A stretch of 64,000 nt of DNA from a bacterium (GTDB lineage: Bacteria > Electryoneota > Electryoneia > Electryoneales > Electryoneaceae). The DNA lies in contig OY769902.1 of assembly GCA_963669175.1 (NCBI GenBank), positions 1,600,001 through 1,664,000 of the forward strand, in the 5' to 3' direction. Made by a program: the position numbers and the translations under genes. The notes below the pieces were generated by a model, which was given only the letters and a program-made list of their open reading frames with translations, ran no database searches and was not told the DNA's origin. Shown one piece after another: positions 1 to 8,545 of the stretch (its first letter is position 1; each line of letters begins with the position of its first letter).

Positions 1-910
1 ACCATTTAGTCATGATTTCGTCATTCATTTCCACCCAGCACAGAAAAGCGCCGTCTTCGCCATCCGGGACAATATCCACAGAGGAACAACGCTCCGGCGT
101 TTCCAGGGTCAGAAATACATCCGGACCGGGATTCTCACCCCAACGGAAATTGCCATCAGCATCTATACTCTGATACTTCACGATTTCCGGTCGATTTCGG
201 GCTATTTGGTAGGTGAGCCCGCCTTCGGGAGTGCTACATGCGTCGAAGGTGTATGTATATAGGTCTGTCGTGAAAAGCTGCAGACCATAACGGTCTCCCC
301 AAAGATAACCGGCATCCGCATCCAGTTTCTGTGCATAATAGGCACGTTCATTACCGTAACCACTTATTTCCCAGACAACAATGAGGCTACCATCAGGGGA
401 AGGAAAGATATGGTGCAAGAGAACTGTAAGTGTTCCATCGGAATCAATAAGCTCGCATGTCCCATTCGAAAGCGTTGAATTGCCGTTGGTGTCTACCTTC
501 TGCACACACACACAACCTGGTACGCCGAACTCACTGGGTGGTCGATCCTGTTCGGTCCATACGATCCACCAGGTCTCATTTCCGGCGTAAGCAATCTGTA
601 CGTCACCCACGTAGGCATCGCAGTTATCATAATTCAGGGGGATTCCCTCTTCCCAGACTCGGCTGCCATTTGCAGCCAGTTTCTGTAACATGATGGTGCT
701 GCTGCGATAGTCATACTCTATCCAGGAGACTATCATATTCCCATTTTCATCGCTGACTGTAGCGCTCGCCTGGGGAAGAAATGTGATATATCTACCATCA
801 CGAACCGGCACACCACTCAGTGGTTCCCAAACACGGTAGTTCTGGGCTTGCAGAAAGACAGGAAGGAAGAAAAGAAAGCAAATAAACGAAATCAGTCGGC
901 TTCTACTCAT
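1..910 (-). CDS. Secreted hypothetical protein, partial (runs off the window start); possibly beta-propeller/repeat type
   Basis: Not in the ORF track. ATG at 910 with GGAG upstream reads MSRSRLISFICFLFFLPVFLQAQNYRVWEPLSGVPV...VSDENGNMIVSW...IMLQKLAANGSRVWEEGIPL; signal peptide ending in LQA-Q. The frame was read for about the first 120 codons only. Confidence 0.7.
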   Translation of the reverse strand, partial: MSRSRLISFICFLFFLPVFLQAQNYRVWEPLSGVPVRDGRYITFLPQASATVSDENGNMIVSWIEYDYRSSTIMLQKLAANGSRVWEEGIPLNYDNCDAYVGDVQIAYAGNETWWIVWTEQDRPPSEFGVPGCVCVQKVDTNGNSTLSNGTCELIDSDGTLTVLLHHIFPSPDGSLIVVWEISGYGNERAYYAQKLDADAGYLWGDRYGLQLFTTDLYTYTFDACSTPEGGLTYQIARNRPEIVKYQSIDADGNFRWGENPGPDVFLTLETPERCSSVDIVPDGEDGAFLCWVEMNDEIMTKW

Positions 911-1011
911 ATCCGGGCTCCCGGCGTCACAGTATGCAGCATCAACGGTTGTAAATCGCGTTCAATAATATCCTGATTATAGCGAAATTCCGCAATAATC
1001 ATTACCGAAAA

Positions 1012-1047
1012 AAATAAAAAAACCGCCTGACACTACTGTCAGACGGT
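1012..1047 (-). terminator. Intrinsic terminator downstream of gpx
   Basis: Hairpin ACCG(C)CTGACA-CTAC-TGTCAG(A)CGGT preceded on + by an A-run (U-tract on the minus strand). Confidence 0.7.
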
Positions 1048-1071
1048 CACACATCTCAAATTGGAGTATTT

Positions 1072-1662
1072 CTACTGCAAGGCGGATTCCACCGCTTTTG
1101 TAATATCTTCACCCATCGGCGTCTGCTTTGAACCGAAACGATTGATTACCTGTCCCTCACGATTCAACAGGAATTTGTTGAAATTCCATGAAATATCACC
1201 CGTATAAGGTGACTGTGTGGTCAGATATTGGTACAAGGGATGTATGTCTTTACCCTTGACACTGATCTTTGCCATCATGGGGAAAGTGACGCCGTAATTG
1301 GTCTCGCAGAATGTAGCGATTTCATCATTACTGCCTGGTTCCTGCCCCAGGAAATTGTTTGCCGGGAAGCCGATGACTACCAGACCCCGGTCTTTGTACT
1401 TCTCATACAACTCCTGCAATCCGGCGTACTGTTTGGTGAAACCGCATTTACTGGCCGTATTGACCAGCAAAAGGACCTTGCCATGATAATCCGACAGCTT
1501 CACCATGTTACCATCTATGGTTTCCAAGTCCAGATCCAGGTAATCAATCGGCGATTCCGCTGCGATGGCGTTCATTTTCTTTGCACGACACACCTTGTGG
1601 GCCAAAATACCACCTACACCAAGCATCCCGGCAATAAGGGCGAAACTGGTTATGCGCTTCAT
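1072..1662 (-). CDS. gpx: Glutathione peroxidase family protein (Cys-type) with N-terminal signal/anchor
   Basis: Motifs LLVNTASKCGFTKQY, GFPANNFLGQEPG and WNFNKFL; the catalytic codon is TGC (Cys). Confidence 0.93.
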   Translation of the reverse strand: MKRITSFALIAGMLGVGGILAHKVCRAKKMNAIAAESPIDYLDLDLETIDGNMVKLSDYHGKVLLLVNTASKCGFTKQYAGLQELYEKYKDRGLVVIGFPANNFLGQEPGSNDEIATFCETNYGVTFPMMAKISVKGKDIHPLYQYLTTQSPYTGDISWNFNKFLLNREGQVINRFGSKQTPMGEDITKAVESALQ

Positions 1663-1765
1663 CAGGCTCTCCTGTTCTCGTTGTGTTGTTAGGATTGTCT
1701 AATTTATAGGTAGCATGGCTTCTTTTCAACTGATATGTGTGGCAAAGTGTATTCTCTCAAGACGC

Positions 1766-1828
1766 TTGGCCCGACTGCTTGCTGTCGGGACTTGTGTTGA
1801 TAACCCGACAGCAAGCAGTCGGGCCAAA
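1766..1828. repeat. REP-like inverted hairpin pair (CCCGACAGCAAGCAGTCGGG family)
   Basis: TTGGCCCGACTGCTTGCTGTCGGG followed by CCCGACAGCAAGCAGTCGGGCCAA; another copy near 47871. Confidence 0.75.
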
Positions 1829-2017
1829 CGTGTTATTATCCTGACATCCTGGCAAAATAGTAGTTCATCCTTTTTATCCTTGTCATCCTTTGCATTCTGT
1901 ACATTCGTGATGAGCTGGTGTGAAGGGAAGAGAAAACCCGGGTAAAAAACCCGGGTTGGAAGATGTAAAATAATGAAAGTATCTCGTGTATCAAGCCATA
2001 TGCGTTGAACCATCAGG

Positions 2018-3931
2018 TCAGGATACGCGCTGTCCCGGCTTCATCTCACCGTCCGGTGTGAGCAAGCGAAGTGTATCACCATCACGCACTGCCAGCAGCA
2101 TGCCGTGGCTTTCCACCCCACGTATCTTCGCTGGTTGCAGGTTCGCCACCACGACAATCGTCTTACCGATCATCTCTTCCGGTTTGTAATGCTGCGCCAC
2201 ACCTGCGATGAGCTGCCGTTTTTCGGAACCAAGATCAATCTGCAACCGAAGCAGTTTATCTGTCTTGGGTACAACCTCTGCTTCCAGCACTACCGCAGTG
2301 CGCAAATCAACCTGTTTGAACTGGTCGAAGCTGATCAGGCCGTCATCGGATTTCTTTTCGGACTTCGGTGTCTTCTTTTCTGCCGCAGGCTGTTCCTGGT
2401 CCTGTTTCTTTTCCTTCTTGATATCAAGTCTTGGAAAGATGGGGTCGCCATGCTCGATAATCAGTCCTGCCAGGCGATCACCCCAGGCCGCATCATGCCA
2501 GTCGTAGGGCTCTGTTTTGTTCCAGCCGATACGTTCCGCCAGCTCACGAGTCTTACCCGGCATCATTGGGCTGAGCAGCAGGGTTGCAATACGAATGCCT
2601 TCCAACGCTACGGCAAGCACCTGCCCGGTCGCTTCGGGATCGGTTTTACCCAGTTTCCAGGGTTCGGCGGCGGTGAAGTAGCGGTTGATCGCACGGACAA
2701 ACTGAAGCGTTTCCTCAATAGCGGCATGAATTTGCAGGTCTGTGACAAGCTTCTTTACCTGCACTGAAACCTGGTGACCAAGTTCAATAATCTCGTTCTC
2801 ATCCGAGTAATCGATTTCCGGTATCTTGCCGTCGAAGAACTGTACCATCAGCTTGGTAACACGATTGACCAGGTTGCCGAGGTCATTAGCGAGATCTGAA
2901 TTTACCCTGCGCACGAATGCTTCTTCACTGAACGAAGCATCCTGGCCGATGACCATTTCCCGCATCAACACATAGCGGAACCGTTCAGGGCCGTAGATTT
3001 CCAGAAGATCCAACGGACGGACCACATTTCCGGCGCTCTTGGACATCTTGGCGTCGCCATACAACCACCACCCGTGAGCCAGGATATGTTTCGGCGGTTC
3101 CAGCCCGGCAGCGTGCAGCATGGTGGGCCAGTACACCGCATGAGTAGTCAGAATATCCTTGCCGATCAGGTGATAGTCTGCTGGCCATTCCGGGGACTTT
3201 CCTTCTGGTGGAGTGACTGTCGCCGAATAGTAGTTCAGCAGGGCGTCAAACCAGACGTAGGTGACATAATCATCATCCCACGGCAACGGAATTCCCCAGC
3301 TCAGGCGGCTCTTGGGACGACTGATACAGAGGTCATTCAACGGTTGACGCAGGAATCCGAGAACTTCGTTCAGGCGGAATTCCGGAACGACTGCATCACG
3401 GTTGGTCTCGTAATGGTTGATCAGCCATTCCTGGTAATTGGACATCCGGAAGAAATAGTTGACTTCCTTGATCTTCTCAACGGGACGTCCCCCGATGGGA
3501 TCTTTACCGTCAACAAGGTCTTTCTCGGTGAAAAATTGTTCTTCAAATACGGAATACCAGCCTTCGTATTCCTTCTTGTAGATGTCGCCCTTTTCCCAGA
3601 GTAGCTGAAGGATATCGACGACGACTTTTTCGTGACGAGGTTCGGTTGTACGGATAAAATCATCGTACTCGATGCCGAGTTTATCCCAGACATCGACAAA
3701 CCGTTTCGAGGTCTCATCGCAGTGCTCCAGCGGGGTGCGTCCCAGCTTCTTGGCTGCGTCGGCAACCTTCTGGCCGTGCTCGTCGGTTCCGGTCAGGAAA
3801 TGAGTCTGATCGCCGAATAAACGATGATATCGGACAAGGACATCCGCTAAAACAGTCGTGTAAGCGTGCCCGATGTGGGGCTCGTCATTAACGTAGTAAA
3901 GCGGTGTCGTAAGGTAAAACTTGCTGCCCAT
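2018..3931 (-). CDS. metG: Methionine--tRNA ligase with C-terminal tRNA-binding (OB-fold) domain
   Basis: HIGH and KMSKS motifs, TGTDEHGQK, YVWFDAL, C-terminal VVANLQPAKIRGVESHGMLL. Confidence 0.98.
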   Translation of the reverse strand: MGSKFYLTTPLYYVNDEPHIGHAYTTVLADVLVRYHRLFGDQTHFLTGTDEHGQKVADAAKKLGRTPLEHCDETSKRFVDVWDKLGIEYDDFIRTTEPRHEKVVVDILQLLWEKGDIYKKEYEGWYSVFEEQFFTEKDLVDGKDPIGGRPVEKIKEVNYFFRMSNYQEWLINHYETNRDAVVPEFRLNEVLGFLRQPLNDLCISRPKSRLSWGIPLPWDDDYVTYVWFDALLNYYSATVTPPEGKSPEWPADYHLIGKDILTTHAVYWPTMLHAAGLEPPKHILAHGWWLYGDAKMSKSAGNVVRPLDLLEIYGPERFRYVLMREMVIGQDASFSEEAFVRRVNSDLANDLGNLVNRVTKLMVQFFDGKIPEIDYSDENEIIELGHQVSVQVKKLVTDLQIHAAIEETLQFVRAINRYFTAAEPWKLGKTDPEATGQVLAVALEGIRIATLLLSPMMPGKTRELAERIGWNKTEPYDWHDAAWGDRLAGLIIEHGDPIFPRLDIKKEKKQDQEQPAAEKKTPKSEKKSDDGLISFDQFKQVDLRTAVVLEAEVVPKTDKLLRLQIDLGSEKRQLIAGVAQHYKPEEMIGKTIVVVANLQPAKIRGVESHGMLLAVRDGDTLRLLTPDGEMKPGQRVS

Positions 3932-3965
3932 GATCTATCTCTTGGTTGAATGAATCTGCTACCAG

Positions 3966-5372
3966 TTACTCTTTCTTCTCACCCTTGTTCTTCTTGGGTG
4001 CGGTTGAGCGTTTGGGCCCATGGCTGCTGCGTCCCGACAGCTTCTTTCTTCCTGCAGGCGCGGAAGCCGGACGTGGTTTCATCGCCCGTTGTTTTCTGCG
4101 TTGTACAGGCTGGCTCCCGTCCTCTGTTGGCTTGGCATCTGTCGGTTTCTCAGCGCGCGCGCGCCTTGGCGGTTTGTTATGGGCACTGCTCCTGTGCTTG
4201 GGATGTCCCTTTTCCGCAGGTTTGGACGCTGGCTTGTCCGGTTTGACCATTTCCGATGGTTTGCTGATCGGTACAGCTTCCACCAACACAACCGGGGTTG
4301 ACGGCGGAGGTCTATGCCCTTTTTCCATAGCCGGTTTTCCCGGTTTGGACGCCGGTTTGCGCTGGCCATTGCTGACCGGCTTTGACGCTCGCTGGACAAC
4401 AGCTTTTTGAGAACCGGGCTTTGCCGGGCCCGTTTTCAGCTTCTCACCCCTGGCTTCTACATCCGTATCCGGTCCCGATGTGGCTACCAGTACGCTACTG
4501 GTATAATCAGGATCGTCTTTCAACTTCAGTGGCGCCTTCGGCTCGCTTTTCTCCGGGTCCCAGTCGCTTAGCTCACGCAATTGTTCCGGGCTGAACTGAC
4601 TGGCTTTCCCATCTTCCCAGCGGATGCAGGCGGCGCATTTACACATATCGATTTTCTCGATATAGCCCCTGCGATGCGGCGATTGTACTTTCGTGTCCGC
4701 CTTGGGGAGCACCTGGTTGACCATGCGGTACTGCTCGACCTCGTAACGCAGGCAACAACGCAGCCTTCCGCACAAACCGGTGTTCTTCTGCGGATTCAGG
4801 AGCAAACCCTGCTCTTTGACCATGTTGGTGGTTACCGGGTCAAAGGTGCGAATCCAGGATTCGCAGCAGAGCTCACGTCCGCAGATGCCGATTCCACCCA
4901 AGCGCTTTGATTCGTCACGAGCGCCGATTTGACGAAGGTCAATGCGGGTTTTGAAATGCTGCGCGAGTTCCTTGACCAGGGAACGGAAATCAACACGTCC
5001 ATCGGCCGTGAAGTAAAACGTCAGTTTTTTGCAGTCAAGCTGGTACTCAGCATCGACCAGCTTCATGATCAATTCATGACGTTTTACCGCGTCGAGGAAA
5101 AAATCCCTGGCTTCTTTTTCTTTTTGTTTATTTTCACTGCGAAGTTGCAGATCGGCATCGTTGGCGCGGCGCAGGATCGGTTCCGGCTCTTCTTCGCCCA
5201 GTTCCGTAGTCAGCCGTTCTTCCCAATCCGTACCGATCAGACTGACTCGCCCGAGGTCTTCGCCACGGTCTGCGCGCACCACAACCCATTCTTCTCGCTT
5301 CAGGGGAAACTCCTGGGGATTGGTATAAATCCCTTTTCGGTGTCCCTTGAAATCTACTTCTATTAAAGACAT
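3966..5372 (-). CDS. ricT: PSP1-domain regulatory Fe-S protein RicT/YaaT with long K/P/R-rich C-terminal tail
   Basis: FYFTADGRVDFRSLVKELA, RIDLRQIGARDE, GGIGICGRELCC and GLCGRLRCCLRYE; lies in the conserved holB-ricT-metG order. Confidence 0.92.
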   Translation of the reverse strand: MSLIEVDFKGHRKGIYTNPQEFPLKREEWVVVRADRGEDLGRVSLIGTDWEERLTTELGEEEPEPILRRANDADLQLRSENKQKEKEARDFFLDAVKRHELIMKLVDAEYQLDCKKLTFYFTADGRVDFRSLVKELAQHFKTRIDLRQIGARDESKRLGGIGICGRELCCESWIRTFDPVTTNMVKEQGLLLNPQKNTGLCGRLRCCLRYEVEQYRMVNQVLPKADTKVQSPHRRGYIEKIDMCKCAACIRWEDGKASQFSPEQLRELSDWDPEKSEPKAPLKLKDDPDYTSSVLVATSGPDTDVEARGEKLKTGPAKPGSQKAVVQRASKPVSNGQRKPASKPGKPAMEKGHRPPPSTPVVLVEAVPISKPSEMVKPDKPASKPAEKGHPKHRSSAHNKPPRRARAEKPTDAKPTEDGSQPVQRRKQRAMKPRPASAPAGRKKLSGRSSHGPKRSTAPKKNKGEKKE

Positions 5373-5390
5373 GTATTCTCCAAGTCCAGC

Positions 5391-6563
5391 TTACGAGGCG
5401 CTTTGTGGCTGAGTTGTGAAAAGGATTCTTCTCAAATCCTGGAACAGGCCAAACATGACCAGTCCGGGTTGCACACGTCCTTCCAGGTCCAATCGCGCCT
5501 CATCTACGGCCTCCAGGGCCGCAGCAATATCCCGGTCACGACAAAAGGAAGCGAATCGCCGCATGGCGTCACTTGTCGATTCCGGCCATTCGTTTTCGGG
5601 AATCGCATCCAGACGTTGCACATCACGCAGCCAGTGACTCATGAGCACCAGCGTAGCGCCGAGATTCTCCATCTCGGAAGCGGCGGTCAGACGGTCCACT
5701 TCAACATCCAACTTGCCCGGATCACCGGCGACAAGGATACGGAAGAGGATGACAACCTTTTCCTGTTGCGCTGCCGGGTCGCCATACGCCCACTCACGCG
5801 CCTTGTTCCACGACCCGCCTGCGAGACGAGCTGCTGCGGCTGCCTGAGCTGCATCGACCTGCTCACGTCGGACCAGTTCATCACGAACCAACTCGACCGG
5901 TAACGGTGCAAACCGGTACGTCTGGCAACGTGAGACAATCGTCGATAAAAGTCGGGATTCCCGTGAAGAGGTTAATATAAACAATGCTCTCGGCGGTGGC
6001 TCCTCGAGAAGCTTTAAAAAAGAGTTCGCTGCCTCGACTCGCAGCCGGTCCGCCTGGCTGATGATAACCACACGCCAGCGTCCACTAAAGGAAGTCATGC
6101 TGAATTCACGGCGTAGCGCGCGAATGTGCTCCACCATGATCTCCTGACCACCGGTAAGGTCCAGCGGGTGGTAATAGTCGTTCCGTTTCTCAAGCAGCAG
6201 TTCTTCTATCTTTTTCTGCTGCGTGTCGGTATAGCTGACCTGGGCATCCTCGTCGTTGCCTTCCTTCGGCTTGGGCATGGGGAAGAGGACAGTCAGGTTG
6301 GGATGAGCAAGCTTTCTGCTCTGCACACAATTGTCGCATTCTTCGCAGGGCAGCGACCGCTCTGGCCTGGCTTCTTCCCGGGGCATATGGCTGCATAACA
6401 GCGCACGTGCCAGGTCAAAGGCAGCCGCTTCCTTGCCAGTCCCGGACGGGCCAATGAACAAGAGGGCATGAGCCATGCGTCCGGATAACGTAGAACGGCT
6501 TAACGCGTTCAGGATACGTTCCTGACCGATCACATGGGGAAAGTTTATCGTAGACTCACTCAT
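5391..6563 (-). CDS. holB: DNA polymerase III subunit delta'
   Basis: HALLFIGPSGTGK, zinc module CEECDNC, HPN, ANSFLKLLEEPP and TIVSRC. Confidence 0.93.
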   Translation of the reverse strand: MSESTINFPHVIGQERILNALSRSTLSGRMAHALLFIGPSGTGKEAAAFDLARALLCSHMPREEARPERSLPCEECDNCVQSRKLAHPNLTVLFPMPKPKEGNDEDAQVSYTDTQQKKIEELLLEKRNDYYHPLDLTGGQEIMVEHIRALRREFSMTSFSGRWRVVIISQADRLRVEAANSFLKLLEEPPPRALFILTSSRESRLLSTIVSRCQTYRFAPLPVELVRDELVRREQVDAAQAAAAARLAGGSWNKAREWAYGDPAAQQEKVVILFRILVAGDPGKLDVEVDRLTAASEMENLGATLVLMSHWLRDVQRLDAIPENEWPESTSDAMRRFASFCRDRDIAAALEAVDEARLDLEGRVQPGLVMFGLFQDLRRILFTTQPQSAS

Positions 6564-6687
6564 CGTATTTTAAACCTTAATGCGCTTCTCAGTGCGTTCC
6601 AGTATAACTATGCAGTATCGCTTATTATTCGTGCCAAGTCAACCTGTGAAAAAAATGGCATTTCGATTCAAATGTCTCTACAGAACT

Positions 6688-6893
6688 TTGGCCCCGCCGG
6701 CTTGTCCGGCGGTGGTTTATTCTAATCAGGAGATAAGTACCACCTTCAGCAGTAGTCTATTTTCAGAACAGTACTTGAGAATAACACAGCACTACCGATG
6801 GACTGACGGCTTGACTTTAATTATCACTTCCGATGGACTAATCGCTTGACTTTAATTAAAATAGACCACCGCCGGGCAAGCCGGCGGGGCCAA
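6688..6893. mobile_element. REPIN/MITE-like element with ~39-bp terminal inverted repeats
   Basis: Left TTGGCCCCGCCGGCTTGTCCGGCGGTGGTTTATTCTAAT versus right reverse complement TTGGCCCCGCCGGCTTGCCCGGCGGTGGTCTATTTTAAT; internal ~35-bp tandem duplication at ~6790-6859. Confidence 0.7.
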
Positions 6894-7028
6894 TAGATTA
6901 TCTCGTCGAATTCCGAGATCCCCGTTCAAGCCGGGGATGACATATTGTTCAGGCATCCGTCTTCGCTTCTACACGCTTCAAGCTGGCGGGGCCAAATAGA
7001 TTATCGGGAGATCCCTGTAAATAGAACT

Positions 7029-8339
7029 CTACCCGGCCAGCCAGTTCAGGGGATCTTCTTTCTGCCGTTGCCGCCAGACCTGGAAATGGACTCGTGATTG
7101 TCCGGCGAGCCGTTCCGGAGCAACAGCGCCCAGCACACGTCCCGCCTCAACTTCTTCGCCTTCACTAACCATCAGGTCACCTAGGTGAGCGTAAACCGTG
7201 TAGAAGCCATCGCCATGATCAATCAGCATCGTCGTGCCGAACCCACGCAGATAGGTGATCCGGGTACACACGCCCGCCTGCACTGCGATCACTTCCGCGC
7301 CTTCATCGGCGGCAATGTCGATACCCGGATTCTCTGTGACAGTGCCCGTAACCGCATTTGTCTGCATTCCAAAGCGGCTGAGTACCCGACCTTTCACCGG
7401 CCAGGGCAGACGTCCTTTGGCCTGCTCGAATCGTTCAAAGGTCGGCACCCTGTGGACGACTACTTCAGCGGAAGCGTGGGGGCGAACATGGATTTCCTGC
7501 ACCTCGCCGCCGGAGCGTTGACGTTCAAGGCTGGTGATCCATTCTTCCACCTGTTCCAGCGATGCTTTCCGGTCAGCCAGCATCTGGGCGACACTTTCAC
7601 GATCCTGCTGTACATCCTGAAGCATGGCAGATATCTGTTTCCGATCCCCGTTCAACTGCTGCTGTTCCTGCCGTGTCTCCGAAGCCAGTTGTTCGGAACG
7701 CTGCAAGGATTGTCGTTTATTCTCGAGGGCGCGATTCATGTCACGTTCGGTCTGGGCCAGGTCTTTCGCCGCACGGTCCTGCCGTTGACGTGCGTCTCGA
7801 AGACGTTCCAGGTTTTTCTGGTCGTTGTCCTGGATACGGTTGACATAAATTCGCCGCCGAAACAGATCGCCCGGATTATCCGCCGCCATCAGGAAACGTA
7901 ATGACGCACGTGCGCCATGCTTATACACATACACCGCACGCCTGCTGATCAGGTCTTCCAGCCCGGCAACCTCATCGGTTAGCTCGGCCAGTTTTCCCTG
8001 GGCGATGCGTTTACGTCTGCCTGCATCATCCGCTTCACGGCTGTATCGCTGGACGGCGCGTTTCTCTTCAGCTACCTGGGTCTCCAGTTCGCTGATGAGC
8101 TGCAAACGTGTGGCGATCTGCTGGTCGAGGGTGCCGATCCGGTTGTTGAGGTTGCGTTCACTGGCCTGGATCTCTGCCAGCACGGTGGCGAGGCTGTCGA
8201 TTTCACCACGGAGCCGTTGCAGTCGTTCACGCGGGCTTTCTGTCGCATGCACCACAAGAATCGACAGGGCGAGCACTACCAGCAGGGGAAAGCCCTGTAG
8301 TAGAAATCTGCTGCGTATGCCGAACCGTGACCCGATCAC
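7029..8339 (-). CDS. envC: Murein hydrolase activator EnvC family (coiled coil plus degenerate M23 domain)
   Basis: Signal/TM segment, long coiled coil, then KGRLPWPVKG, NPGIDI, IDHGDGFYTVYAHL and VHFQVW; the HxxxD zinc motif is absent, as in EnvC. Confidence 0.85.
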   Translation of the reverse strand: MIGSRFGIRSRFLLQGFPLLVVLALSILVVHATESPRERLQRLRGEIDSLATVLAEIQASERNLNNRIGTLDQQIATRLQLISELETQVAEEKRAVQRYSREADDAGRRKRIAQGKLAELTDEVAGLEDLISRRAVYVYKHGARASLRFLMAADNPGDLFRRRIYVNRIQDNDQKNLERLRDARQRQDRAAKDLAQTERDMNRALENKRQSLQRSEQLASETRQEQQQLNGDRKQISAMLQDVQQDRESVAQMLADRKASLEQVEEWITSLERQRSGGEVQEIHVRPHASAEVVVHRVPTFERFEQAKGRLPWPVKGRVLSRFGMQTNAVTGTVTENPGIDIAADEGAEVIAVQAGVCTRITYLRGFGTTMLIDHGDGFYTVYAHLGDLMVSEGEEVEAGRVLGAVAPERLAGQSRVHFQVWRQRQKEDPLNWLAG

Positions 8340-8545
8340 AACTTCTCCCGTATGATCACCTTTCCTCTACCGAATCCGAAAAGTAGGTGTCCAGATAATT
8401 GACTGCAAGGTGAACCTCCACTTTTTGCGTGTACAAAGCCATTGTATATTAAAAAAAGGGTTGTTCTTGAAGGTGTGGTTCTGCAAAGGAAGTAATACAA
8501 GAACTACCGTGATCTCCCGGAACAGGCAAAGAAGGAGTTGATCCG

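Noticed and set aside
1072-1662. Selenocysteine glutathione peroxidase
   Set aside because: The active-site codon is TGC and the ORF is uninterrupted.
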